The notes below the pieces were generated by a model. The model was given only the letters and a program-made list of their open reading frames with translations, did no database searches and was not told where the DNA came from. The position numbers and the translations under genes were made by a program. Source: Bacteroidota bacterium (lineage in GTDB: Bacteria; Bacteroidota; Ignavibacteria; Kryptoniales; JAKASW01). Taken from it: 64,000 bases of DNA. The stretch spans positions 15,521-79,520 of the forward strand of contig JAKAMG010000012.1 in assembly GCA_021812985.1 (NCBI GenBank), read 5' to 3'. Shown here piece by piece: positions 8,886 to 17,877 of the stretch (positions are counted from its first letter, which is position 1; the number at the start of each line of letters is the position of its first letter).

Positions 8886-11800
8886 GTTCTCTTTCTCCGA
8901 CACCTCACGCGTGAGTGAAATTCTGCACGCCTCATCATAAGGGCAGTATCTGCAAATCTTGTCTGGCGAAAACCTCGTCAGGTTGAAACGGCCTGACTTC
9001 GCCACCTCGACAGTCTTTCCGACAAATTCTTCCGTCCGCTGAATGAGTTCCCCGACTGATTTCGGATATTCATCGGGCGCGCTCTTCCATCTCGTGCTTC
9101 GGAATTTCTTGTTGAAGCGCAGCTCCCCCTCTTCCTCGCTTACGATGAACTTGATCAGCTCATCCCCGTCTTCTTCCTTTAAGAGCTTCTCCCTGTTTAT
9201 CGAGATGAATGCGGCCCCGGCCGGATTAACCTTCCTCCCATCGGGCTGATTCAACCCGTTCAGCTTCGTCAGCGCCGCGAGATAAATAACGAGCTGCGGA
9301 TTGATCATATCACGGACCACTTCCCTGTGCGACGGGTTCATCGAAGAGGTCTTGTAGTCGAAGACGATCAGGCCGTTGTCGTTGGAATCTATCCTGTCTA
9401 TCTTCCCCCGAACTTTTACGCCGCCCAGTTCAACCGCCTCGAAGGTCTTCTCGTTGTCCCCTCCCTTCATGCCGAATCCGACCTCAAAATGCTCGGGGGT
9501 GAAACCGGACTCCGAGAGCGCGGCCTGGACTTTCCTGAGAAAAAGAGGCAGTGTACCAGGGACATTCTCCGTTCCGATCATTGTGTCTCTCTCAATCTCA
9601 AAGAGGTCACGTCCGAAGGTACCTTCTGAACTGATATTGAGTCTGTTCATCGTTTCGCGGGCAATCTCGACGAGCAGATCCTCTTCGTTCCTCGCGTTGT
9701 TGAGTCTCCCTAACTCGGCCAGGCTTGAATAGAATTTATAGAGGATATCATGGAGCACGGCCCCCTTTTCCAACGCGCTCAGCGAGGTTTCTATCTCAGA
9801 CACGGTATCGACGCCGAGAATCCGCCGCACAAAATACTGGAATCCGCATTGAGCCAGCGATTCCAGCTGGGAGGCGGAGAACTCCTTTCCGTCAAGTTTG
9901 CCCGCCAACAGACTGAGAAGCTCATCATCTGTTATCTTTCCCGCGAATTCGCTCTCCGTGTCGTTTCGAAATCTGGCCGCTTCGGCGTGCCTGCATCTTT
10001 CGAGGTTTGGCGGAACGAGCCTAGCGACGGCCGGCATCCCGAGCATTTTCTCCCTGAGTCCCGGTAGCCCGGAATCAGCCTCAGCGAGCTGGTGCACGTT
10101 GTATATGTTGACTACCGACGCTTCAGCTTCAGAGTTATCGAGGAAAGTAACATCTGCTATGCTCGTCAGCGCATCTATGAAGGAAGACCTCATTAGCACG
10201 ACCTCGGTCCGCCTCGTCGGGTATACGAGGTGAAGAGTCTTCCTGAACGAGCTGACGGCCTGGTAGAACAGGTGTCTCTGCAGAAAGGGCTCTGTCTCGC
10301 GGTTTTCCCCCTGCACGCGGAGCGGAAGGAATATTTCCGGATTGTACCTGGCTGGTAGTTCTCCTTCATTCATACCGACTATGAACAGATGGTCGAATTC
10401 CAGTCCGCGCATCTCTTCCAGTGAGGTCACATAAATGCCGTAGCCGTACTTTTGCCTCACGTTGTATCGGGTCATCGATAGCGCCGCGCGCAGATTCTCA
10501 AGCCAGAGGGCGGCTGGCATTCTTTCGCCGCCGCGCTCTTTCTCGATGCCGGCAACCTCATCAACAACATCGAGGAAAGCAGAAAGCGCCCGTGAATCCC
10601 GTTCAATGATTTCCGCGGCAACGCCCTCGAGATTCAGTCTGGCTATGTTCTCTCGGAGACGCAGCCTGGACACGAGAGTTCTCAGACGGAGCCTGAACTC
10701 ATCCGGAGCGAGTTCCCCGTTGAACGGAGAAAGGAGCTGCTCGATTGACGTCAGCACTTCACGAGCGTTCCTAAGCGTCTCGATCTCCCGCGCCCCCCTG
10801 TTAAAATCAGATTCGGAATCGGCGAATGCAGGATTGGATAGGACTGCCATGCGGTTTGATATTGCGTCGTTGAAACCCCTGAGGCCTCTTTCGAAGCGGC
10901 AAATCAGCGAAGCGTTATAGATGATGCTCCCGGCCCGGTCAGGCAAGTACCTATCTGAGACCGATATCAGCCTGTTTGTTACTCCGCGCAACAAAGCCAC
11001 CCGCTCAAAATCGGAAGCTTTCACATCGACGAATGAAAGTACCGCATTAACGGCGCTGTTGCTCTCCAGCGTGTACCTGTCAGTTATGTTCGCAGGGATT
11101 CTGTATTTCGAGAAGACCTCGCGGAAGAGGCGGGAATAGTTCTGAGGAAGGTACGATGCGACGCATATCCTGCTCAATTCCTGATTCGGGTCGCCGCGCA
11201 TGATCTCGCGTATTTTTTCGGCGACGAACTCTGCCTCCCCGAGGTTATCTTTCAACCCCGCAACGAAAACGCTGTCCTTAAGATTTCTTTTGGGAGTAAC
11301 CTGGCGGTCAGCAAAGAGGTGAGCCGCCATAAACTCACCGGTGCTTGATCCAACAAGGGAAGCGGCGTCTCTTCCCTGCGACCGAAGCCTGAAACCGCGA
11401 GCTCGAAGCTCCTTCGAAGTCGCGATCATAGTCCTGAAGAGGTTCTCGTTTGACTCGTCGCAGTCCAGCTTGACCAGGAACGAGTGGTCCCTATTGGACG
11501 ATATGATCCGCAGGAACTCAAGTTCCGGTTTCTTGAAATTGTAGAAACCCTCGACGAACGCCGTCATTCTCCCGGGGAAGCGCGTCTCGATGGCCTCGCG
11601 GAGGCGTCTCGGCTCGGAGTTCACGACGGATATCATCCCCGCGCTGTCTGTCATTCTGCCGCCGAGGCGATCTTCATACGCCGCGAATATTTTCTGGAAC
11701 TCGTCCAGTTTCATCTTCTCATGGCTTTCTGCTGAGGAAGCCATCAAGGCATAATCGTCAGGGGTGATGCCGTTTTCCTTCAGGTAGCCGATTTGGTCGA

Positions 11801-12185
11801 CTATCTTCTTTATTGTTCCGACCGGTGCTACGCCCCTCCTCGCCCCGGGACGGGCAGACGAATATCTGAAGAACCTGAAGTCGCCTTCGGACAGGATTTC
11901 ACTTATTATCATTCCCTGCATCGACACGGATATGACGCGTCTGCCTGTCGAGAGGAGAAGAAACAGCTCATGGGCGAAAAGCTCGAGCGTATAGACGGGG
12001 ATTTTTCCGAAAGTGACGTTGGAGACAAGGTCACGCTGCAGCTCGCGGACGCGCCTGCGTGTCGGGACTATATAGACGAAATCGTGTTTCTTTCCGGGGG
12101 AAGCGGTCGCAGACAATCTCCTGACCTCTTCAGCGAAATCGAAATCTCCCCTCCCTTCGAAGTTCCGAGCCAGTGTCATCGACAT
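8877..12185 (-). CDS. addB: AddB/RexB-like subunit of an AddAB-type helicase-nuclease (PD-(D/E)XK nuclease with Fe-S 'iron staple' cysteines)
   Basis: 1102 aa. The C-terminal RecB-type nuclease motifs are GKIDRIDSNDNGLIVFDYKTS and QLVIYLAAL. The cysteines are LAQCGFQYF plus CRYCPYDEAC (CX2CX5C, 8925-8954). The N-terminal P-loop is degenerate (ATASPGKKH). Confidence 0.7.
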   Translation of the reverse strand: MSMTLARNFEGRGDFDFAEEVRRLSATASPGKKHDFVYIVPTRRRVRELQRDLVSNVTFGKIPVYTLELFAHELFLLLSTGRRVISVSMQGMIISEILSEGDFRFFRYSSARPGARRGVAPVGTIKKIVDQIGYLKENGITPDDYALMASSAESHEKMKLDEFQKIFAAYEDRLGGRMTDSAGMISVVNSEPRRLREAIETRFPGRMTAFVEGFYNFKKPELEFLRIISSNRDHSFLVKLDCDESNENLFRTMIATSKELRARGFRLRSQGRDAASLVGSSTGEFMAAHLFADRQVTPKRNLKDSVFVAGLKDNLGEAEFVAEKIREIMRGDPNQELSRICVASYLPQNYSRLFREVFSKYRIPANITDRYTLESNSAVNAVLSFVDVKASDFERVALLRGVTNRLISVSDRYLPDRAGSIIYNASLICRFERGLRGFNDAISNRMAVLSNPAFADSESDFNRGAREIETLRNAREVLTSIEQLLSPFNGELAPDEFRLRLRTLVSRLRLRENIARLNLEGVAAEIIERDSRALSAFLDVVDEVAGIEKERGGERMPAALWLENLRAALSMTRYNVRQKYGYGIYVTSLEEMRGLEFDHLFIVGMNEGELPARYNPEIFLPLRVQGENRETEPFLQRHLFYQAVSSFRKTLHLVYPTRRTEVVLMRSSFIDALTSIADVTFLDNSEAEASVVNIYNVHQLAEADSGLPGLREKMLGMPAVARLVPPNLERCRHAEAARFRNDTESEFAGKITDDELLSLLAGKLDGKEFSASQLESLAQCGFQYFVRRILGVDTVSEIETSLSALEKGAVLHDILYKFYSSLAELGRLNNARNEEDLLVEIARETMNRLNISSEGTFGRDLFEIERDTMIGTENVPGTLPLFLRKVQAALSESGFTPEHFEVGFGMKGGDNEKTFEAVELGGVKVRGKIDRIDSNDNGLIVFDYKTSSMNPSHREVVRDMINPQLVIYLAALTKLNGLNQPDGRKVNPAGAAFISINREKLLKEEDGDELIKFIVSEEEGELRFNKKFRSTRWKSAPDEYPKSVGELIQRTEEFVGKTVEVAKSGRFNLTRFSPDKICRYCPYDEACRISLTREVSEKENSA

Positions 12186-12282
12186 TCTTGTGACACCTTC
12201 CGGTTCATCATTTCAAACGACCGATTCAAGTGATAATCCGGCAAATTGGTCGGACGCATGGACTTGGACTGTAAGACCTGCC

Positions 12283-13602
12283 TCATTCCAGCTTAGGTCT
12301 TTCCTCGTCGATGTTCGCGATCCCCTGCAGTCTCTCCCTGAACCTGCCGAGCGCCTCGTGTGAATCGCCGTACTTGTTAGAGGCGTTCCTAAGGTGCGTA
12401 CCGAGGGTCTCGAAATTGTCCTCGAACCTCGCGAGAGAATTCTCCAATTGGGCCAGTTGATCGCGCACCCGCTCAGCATTTCTCTCTATCTGCATCCCCT
12501 TAAGTCCGATTGCAATCGCCTGAATGTAGGCGTAGAAGCTGTTGGGCGAGGCGGGGACGACATGCTTCCTGGTGGCATACCGGTACACGCTGTTCTCATC
12601 GTTGTCGGAAATGAGTAGCTCGTAGTACATGCTCTCAGATGGGATGAACATGATGGCAAAGTCGAAAGTATTCTCAGCGGGCTTAATATATTTATCGGCT
12701 ATATCGTCGATCTGCTTCTTCACAACCGCCGAGAACCTGTTCAACGCCAGGTTTTTCTCCGAGTCCGTCATGGCCTCCACGTATCGCTGAAATTCATCTT
12801 TCGGGAACTTGGAGTCGATAGGGATTATCCTCTCGGAAGTCCTGATAATCGCGTCGACTTTAGAGCCATCCCTGAACGGATACTGGAACTCGTAGAAACC
12901 CTGAGGGATCACCTGTTTGATGAGTTCCTCGAGTAGAGTCTCGCCGAGGTTTCCCCTCAACTTGGGCGAGCTGAGAATGCTCTGAAGTTCGTTTATCTGC
13001 TTCCCGATCTCGAGCATGCTGTTGCTTGATTCCTTGAGCTCGCCGAAGTCCTGCTTGAGCGAGGAGAAGAGCTTGTTTGCCTCCGACAGCTGGCCGCCGA
13101 GCTGTCCCTCGAAACTCGAAAGGCGCTTTTCCACCGACCCGCGTAGTTCCTCAACCTGCTTTCCGACAACCCGGGAGAGCTCCGATATCTGCTGCCCCAT
13201 CTGTATGATCTGCCTGTCTGTCCCCGCCATAGACTGGTTTAGCCTCTGGTCGACTGAGAGGGTCAACTGCTCTACCTGTTTCCCCATTAGAGATGTCAGC
13301 TGGGCCATCTGGTTCGCGAGCTGTTCCACCTGCGCGTTCGTGCCTGCCCTGTTCTCTTCCATCCCTTTCGAAAGCGAATTGCTCACCAGCTGCAGAGTAT
13401 TTGACATAGACTCACTGTTCGAACGCATGGCGTCCGCCACCGATTTCACGGCGCTCTCCACGTCATTCTTGAACAAGGTGAAAAGCTGAAGGGTCTGGTC
13501 CGACGATGACTTCTGATTGACGCCCGAGCTGTTGAACTTCATCAAGATATATACAAGGGCGAGGACGATGACTCCAAGCGCCGCAAGAATGATTGTCTCC
13601 AT
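12283..13602 (-). CDS. rmuC: DNA recombination protein RmuC
   Basis: N-terminal TM helix METIILAALGVIVLALVYILM, a long coiled-coil region, and a C-terminal RmuC nuclease-like core with VDAIIRTSERIIPIDSKFP and FAIMFIPSESMYYELL. Confidence 0.85.
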   Translation of the reverse strand: METIILAALGVIVLALVYILMKFNSSGVNQKSSSDQTLQLFTLFKNDVESAVKSVADAMRSNSESMSNTLQLVSNSLSKGMEENRAGTNAQVEQLANQMAQLTSLMGKQVEQLTLSVDQRLNQSMAGTDRQIIQMGQQISELSRVVGKQVEELRGSVEKRLSSFEGQLGGQLSEANKLFSSLKQDFGELKESSNSMLEIGKQINELQSILSSPKLRGNLGETLLEELIKQVIPQGFYEFQYPFRDGSKVDAIIRTSERIIPIDSKFPKDEFQRYVEAMTDSEKNLALNRFSAVVKKQIDDIADKYIKPAENTFDFAIMFIPSESMYYELLISDNDENSVYRYATRKHVVPASPNSFYAYIQAIAIGLKGMQIERNAERVRDQLAQLENSLARFEDNFETLGTHLRNASNKYGDSHEALGRFRERLQGIANIDEERPKLE

Positions 13603-13630
13603 TTACAAACCCTGTTCCTTTAAGTTAATC

Positions 13631-13648
13631 GCGCCCTGTTCAGGGCGC
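13631..13648. other. GC-rich hairpin between DUF58 and rmuC
   Basis: GCGCCC-tgttca-GGGCGC, located 57 nt after the DUF58 stop and 29 nt before the rmuC start. No U-tract follows on the minus strand, so the function is unclear. Confidence 0.3.
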
Positions 13649-13704
13649 TTCGTCCACGCGCGTCCCACCCGAACCCGACCCCGAGTCTCGCCCCGGGTAC
13701 AACA

Positions 13705-14604
13705 TCAGTACATCTTCTTCCTTCTTGTAAGATAGGCGGTAAGAGCTTTGTCGAAGGGAGTCGACGTGCTGAGAAGGGCGTAGTCGATATCGTTCTCGAA
13801 ACACTCCTGTTTCAGGCCGTGCACGAACGCGTCGACATTTCTCCTGTACGCGGACCTCATCGCGGAAACCTGTGTTGACACGCGATCACCCGTTTCCATA
13901 TCTGTGAAGACCGCATCGTCCGGAAAATCGAGGTTCAGCTCCGAGTCATCAAGCACCTGAAAAGCGATCACTTCGTTCTTCCTGTGCCTGAAATGTTTAA
14001 GAGCGGTTATGACATTCTTTCTGTCGTCGAGAAAGTCGCTGATGACAATTATGAGACCCCGTCTCTTCATTCGCTCCGCAAGTGTTGATAAGGCACCGGC
14101 GGTCGACGTCCCCGAACGTGGTTCGAGACCTGACAGCTCTGTGAGGAGGAGCTTCATGTATGAGTACGTCAAATGCGGTTCGAAGAATCGGCGCACCTTC
14201 TCGTCATATATTGCAAGCCCGGTCGCGTCCTGCTGTCTCATCATAAGGTAAGTCAGTCCTGCCGCAAGGTAAGCAGCATACTGGAGCTTCGTAACACTTC
14301 CGCTTCTCCTGAAGCCCATTGAGCTGCTCGCATCGATAAGGATATACGCCTTGAGGTTTGTCTCTTCCTCGTACTCCTTTATATACAGCCGATCACTCCT
14401 GCCGTAAACTTTCCAGTCTATATTCCCTATGTCATCTCCCGGGAAATACTGGCGGTGCTCCGCAAACTCCACGCTGAAGCCGTGATACGGGCTTCTGTGC
14501 ATCCCTATCAGGAATCCCTCGACGATCAGCCTGGCCCGGAGCTCCATATTGGAAAGTTCAGAGATGAATTCCGGAGATAGAAGTCTCAGCGCGTTTTCGC
14601 TCAT
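13705..14604 (-). CDS. DUF58 domain protein (vWA-like, usually a MoxR partner)
   Basis: HRSPYHGFSVEFAEHRQYFPGDDIGNIDWKVYGRSDRLYIKEYEEETNL is the DUF58 signature. A vWA-like LILIDASSSM-type strand follows (AYILIDASSSMGF). Confidence 0.85.
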   Translation of the reverse strand: MSENALRLLSPEFISELSNMELRARLIVEGFLIGMHRSPYHGFSVEFAEHRQYFPGDDIGNIDWKVYGRSDRLYIKEYEEETNLKAYILIDASSSMGFRRSGSVTKLQYAAYLAAGLTYLMMRQQDATGLAIYDEKVRRFFEPHLTYSYMKLLLTELSGLEPRSGTSTAGALSTLAERMKRRGLIIVISDFLDDRKNVITALKHFRHRKNEVIAFQVLDDSELNLDFPDDAVFTDMETGDRVSTQVSAMRSAYRRNVDAFVHGLKQECFENDIDYALLSTSTPFDKALTAYLTRRKKMY

Positions 14605-14775
14605 TTGTAATTGAATTTACCCTAATTTTGCCGTTCGAAACAACAGAAAGCGAGAGTGCGGCCGGAGTGAGTATCGCTCCGCAAGTTCATGCCTGAGATC
14701 GGACATACAGCCGGCCGAGTCATATTTCCAGTCCTCCACAACCGATTGCGCAGGTCTGGTTTACACTCTCCCTCC

Positions 14776-14804
14776 TTGACATTCCGACTAGCGCAGATTA
14801 ATTT
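14776..14804 (+). promoter_or_regulatory. candidate promoter of the fur-feoAB unit
   Basis: TTGACA (14776-14781), a 17-nt spacer, then TAATTT (14799-14804). The -10 region also fits a TAnnTTTG-like Bacteroidetes element (TAATTTAG). Confidence 0.35.
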
Positions 14805-14816
14805 AGACATGGTCTT

Positions 14817-14835
14817 AATAATGATAACGAGAGGC
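14817..14835 (+). promoter_or_regulatory. Fur-box-like operator
   Basis: AATAATGATAACGAGAGGC compared with the consensus GATAATGATAATCATTATC gives 12/19 matches overall and 10/11 in the left half. It sits just downstream of the candidate -10 and 83 nt upstream of fur. Confidence 0.4.
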
Positions 14836-14917
14836 CGGCGGCAGCCGAGGTGACGATTCACGGCGTGGAAAAAAAAGCGTCAAATCGGTCGGAGCCAAGT
14901 GAAATTGCAGGGACAAG

Positions 14918-15352
14918 ATGGAGACAGCAAGAGAAAAATTCGAAGGCTACCTGAGGGAGGGTAGCTATCGCGTGACGCCCGAGCGCTTCGAGGTGCTCGA
15001 CGCCGTCATGGCAACGAGTGGGCACTTTGACGCCGATGAGCTCTTCCTGACTTTGAAGAAGGCCGGGAGCAAGGTGTCCAGAGCTACTGTTTACAACACG
15101 CTCGATATTCTGGAAGAGTGCGCCCTGGTGTTCAAGACTCGCCTCAAAGACCACGGATCGAGATATGAAAAGGCATTCGGCAGATCTCATCACGACCATC
15201 TCGTATGCATCAACTGCGGAAAGATAGTGGAGTTCGTTGACGATGACATAGAGCAAGGTCAACAGGCTGTCGCCAGGAAGTTCAAGTTTTCGCTGATCAG
15301 CCATTCTCACCAGATCTTCGGGCTGTGCCCCGAATGCCGGAACGGCAAATAA
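14918..15352 (+). CDS. fur: Fur-family transcriptional repressor
   Basis: Winged-helix KVSRATVYNTLDILEE, metal sites HHDHLVCINCGKIVEF, and the C-terminal CPEC. Confidence 0.9.
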   Translation: METAREKFEGYLREGSYRVTPERFEVLDAVMATSGHFDADELFLTLKKAGSKVSRATVYNTLDILEECALVFKTRLKDHGSRYEKAFGRSHHDHLVCINCGKIVEFVDDDIEQGQQAVARKFKFSLISHSHQIFGLCPECRNGK

Positions 15353-15373
15353 CGAAAGCGACTCATACCCTAC

Positions 15374-15670
15374 ATGACATTATTCGGAGAAAGACCCGTA
15401 AGGGGAGGCAAACCGGAACAAGCCAAAGCGCATGACGCGAAACCCGGCGCAGGCAAACGCACGATCAGGGACCTGAAGGTCGGAGAAGTGGCCCACATCA
15501 TCGAGTTCCTTGATGAAAACGAAGCGCTCAAGAAGATTGAGGCAATGGGTCTCAGGCGGGGACGGAAGATAACAATCATGCAGAAACTCGGCCGCGGCAT
15601 CGTGGTAAAGACAAGCAACTCACGTATCGTTTTGACAACCGACGTCGCGAGGGACATAGAAGTAAAATGA
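15374..15670 (+). CDS. feoA: FeoA-family ferrous iron transport protein
   Basis: SH3-like FeoA core IRDLKVGEVAHIIEF...EAMGLRRGRKITIMQK. ATGA overlap with feoB. The exact start is uncertain. Confidence 0.8.
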   Translation: MTLFGERPVRGGKPEQAKAHDAKPGAGKRTIRDLKVGEVAHIIEFLDENEALKKIEAMGLRRGRKITIMQKLGRGIVVKTSNSRIVLTTDVARDIEVK

Positions 15671-17730
15671 ACAGGAGCATAAAGGTAGCGCTCGCGGGAA
15701 ATCCGAACGTCGGGAAAACGACACTCCTTAACCATGCCGCAAAAACGAACCTGAAGGTGGGAAACTGGGCGGGGGTTACGGTGGAGAAAAAGGAAGGCTT
15801 CGTCAACCACAAAGGATATGACCTCCACTTCGTCGACTTGCCGGGAATTTACACACTCGAGCCGATCTCGGACGACGAGTGGGTTGCATACAACTTCATC
15901 ACAGAGGAAAAACCGGACGTAATCGTGGACGTCATCGAAACCACGAACGCGGAGAGGGACCTTCTCCTTACGACGGAGCTCCTCGAGTTTGAACGGCCGA
16001 TGGTTCTGGCTTTCAACATGTCTGACGAGGCGAGGAGATTGGGTATCGAGGTTGACCGCCGACAGGTCGCTGAGCTTCTTGAAGTTGGCATGGTCAGGAC
16101 GAACGGCCGCAACGGAGACGGGGTTGAGGAGCTCCTCGATGCTATAGTGGACAGCGCGGAATCGAACCGCACCCCAAAGAACGTCAGATACAATGAACAG
16201 ATTGAAGAATCACTCGGCCGGATCCGGGCAAAAGGGAGGGACGGCGGTCTTGCGAAGCGGTCGCTACTCAGGGCGCTCGCAGGAGATGGCGAAGAGAAGG
16301 CGCGTCTCGAAAGATTCTACAAAAAGGACATCAACAGCATCATTAAAGACGAGAGATACGCCTTCGCGCACGGGTTCTACAACGAAACGTTCAGAAAGAG
16401 GAAGGGGTATAACAGGGACATCACGGACAAGATCGACAAGATTGCCCTCCATCCGATTATGGGCTTCTTCATCTTCCTCCTCGTAATGTTTCTCCTCTTC
16501 AAGATATCCTTTGATTTCTCGACTCCCTTCATGAATTGGACAGAGGGGTTCATGAACGATTTCATCTCGCCGCTGGCGCTCTCGCTCCTGTCGAAGGTCG
16601 GAGCCGGCGACTGGCTGCCGAGGTTCTTCTCACAGGCGATAATCGGCGGTGTCGGGTTTGTCATAACATTCGTCCCCCTCATCGGAATGATTTACTTCCT
16701 CATAGCACTTCTGGAGATGTCGGGATACATGCCGAGGATAGCTTTCATAATGGACAGGTTTATGCACAAGCTGGGCCTACACGGAAAAGGAATGATCCCG
16801 CTCCTCCTGGGGTTCGGCTGCAACGTGCCCGCCGTGATGGCTACGAGGACGCTGGAGAACAAGCGGGACAAGCTGCTGGTCATGGCCATGATTCCGTTCA
16901 TGAGCTGCCCCGCCAGGCTTGTGGTGTTCTCATTCTTCGCGGTGATGTTCTTCGTCCATCCCGCAGTGGTGATATTCTCCCTTTACATGCTCGGGATTGT
17001 TATCGGCCTCCTCACCGCTTTCTTTCTCAGGAAGACAACACAGCGCGGGAAGCTGTCGCACTTCGTGATGGAACTCCCCCCCTACCGGGTTCCCAGACTC
17101 CGAACGGTTCTTCAGATAGCGTGGGTTCAGGTCAAGAGCTTCCTTTACCGCGCGGGCACGGTCATCTTCGCGGCTTCAGTCGTGATTTGGCTCCTTCTTA
17201 ATACACCGCCGAATCTCAAGAGCCAGTCCGATAGCGCCGCCGCGTACATCGGAAAGGCCATCACGCCGGTCCTCAGCCCGATAGGGATAAAGGACTGGAG
17301 AGTATCCACATCCCTCATCCCCGCCTTTCTGGCGAGGGAAATCGTGCTTAGCTCAATGGGGACTATTTACTCGGTCGACGTGCAGAAGACCGATGCCACG
17401 TTCAGCCTGCTTCCGGCGGCGAGGGAGCAGGCCGAGAAGCTCGGAGAGGCAGCGAAGGAAAGTTTTCTCTCCATCCTAACGCCGGGGATAAACACACTTC
17501 GGGCTGATGACGGCGAACAGGGTCTTCGGGACGTGATCAGGTCGAGTTTCACTCCGGCCTCTGCCCTGTCATTCATGATATTCCTCCTTCTCTACACATC
17601 ATGTCTCGCGACGGTCGCGGTCATGGCACGGGAAGGGGGGAAGAAATTCGCACTTCTCTTCCTCGCCTACAGCTTTGTCATGGCTTGGGGGGTCGCCTTC
17701 ATAGTTTACCAGGTTGGGAGTCTGATATGA
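15667..17730 (+). CDS. feoB: ferrous iron transporter FeoB
   Basis: N-terminal G-domain KVALAGNPNVGKTTLLN and HFVDLPGIYTL, followed by a polytopic membrane domain. 687 aa. Confidence 0.95.
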   Translation: MNRSIKVALAGNPNVGKTTLLNHAAKTNLKVGNWAGVTVEKKEGFVNHKGYDLHFVDLPGIYTLEPISDDEWVAYNFITEEKPDVIVDVIETTNAERDLLLTTELLEFERPMVLAFNMSDEARRLGIEVDRRQVAELLEVGMVRTNGRNGDGVEELLDAIVDSAESNRTPKNVRYNEQIEESLGRIRAKGRDGGLAKRSLLRALAGDGEEKARLERFYKKDINSIIKDERYAFAHGFYNETFRKRKGYNRDITDKIDKIALHPIMGFFIFLLVMFLLFKISFDFSTPFMNWTEGFMNDFISPLALSLLSKVGAGDWLPRFFSQAIIGGVGFVITFVPLIGMIYFLIALLEMSGYMPRIAFIMDRFMHKLGLHGKGMIPLLLGFGCNVPAVMATRTLENKRDKLLVMAMIPFMSCPARLVVFSFFAVMFFVHPAVVIFSLYMLGIVIGLLTAFFLRKTTQRGKLSHFVMELPPYRVPRLRTVLQIAWVQVKSFLYRAGTVIFAASVVIWLLLNTPPNLKSQSDSAAAYIGKAITPVLSPIGIKDWRVSTSLIPAFLAREIVLSSMGTIYSVDVQKTDATFSLLPAAREQAEKLGEAAKESFLSILTPGINTLRADDGEQGLRDVIRSSFTPASALSFMIFLLLYTSCLATVAVMAREGGKKFALLFLAYSFVMAWGVAFIVYQVGSLI

Positions 17731-17828
17731 CCGGGAAGATTGTTTTTATGGTGGTCCTCGCCGTCATCGCTGGTGCCATACTATGGAGAGGAACGAGGAG
17801 ACGGGCGAAGAGGAGTTGCTGCGAGTGA
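17727..17828 (+). CDS. FeoB-associated Cys-rich small membrane protein (33 aa)
   Basis: Below the 60-aa cutoff as a stand-alone ORF. ATG 17727 overlaps the feoB stop (ATGA). Translation is MTGKIVFMVVLAVIAGAILWRGTRRRAKRSCCE: one TM helix, a basic stretch and a C-terminal CC, which is the pattern of small proteins annotated after feoB. Confidence 0.6.
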   Translation: MTGKIVFMVVLAVIAGAILWRGTRRRAKRSCCE

Positions 17829-17877
17829 TGGGGGGACGGTGGTGGAACCGGAGCGTCGACGCGTGCGGGACAGCTTT

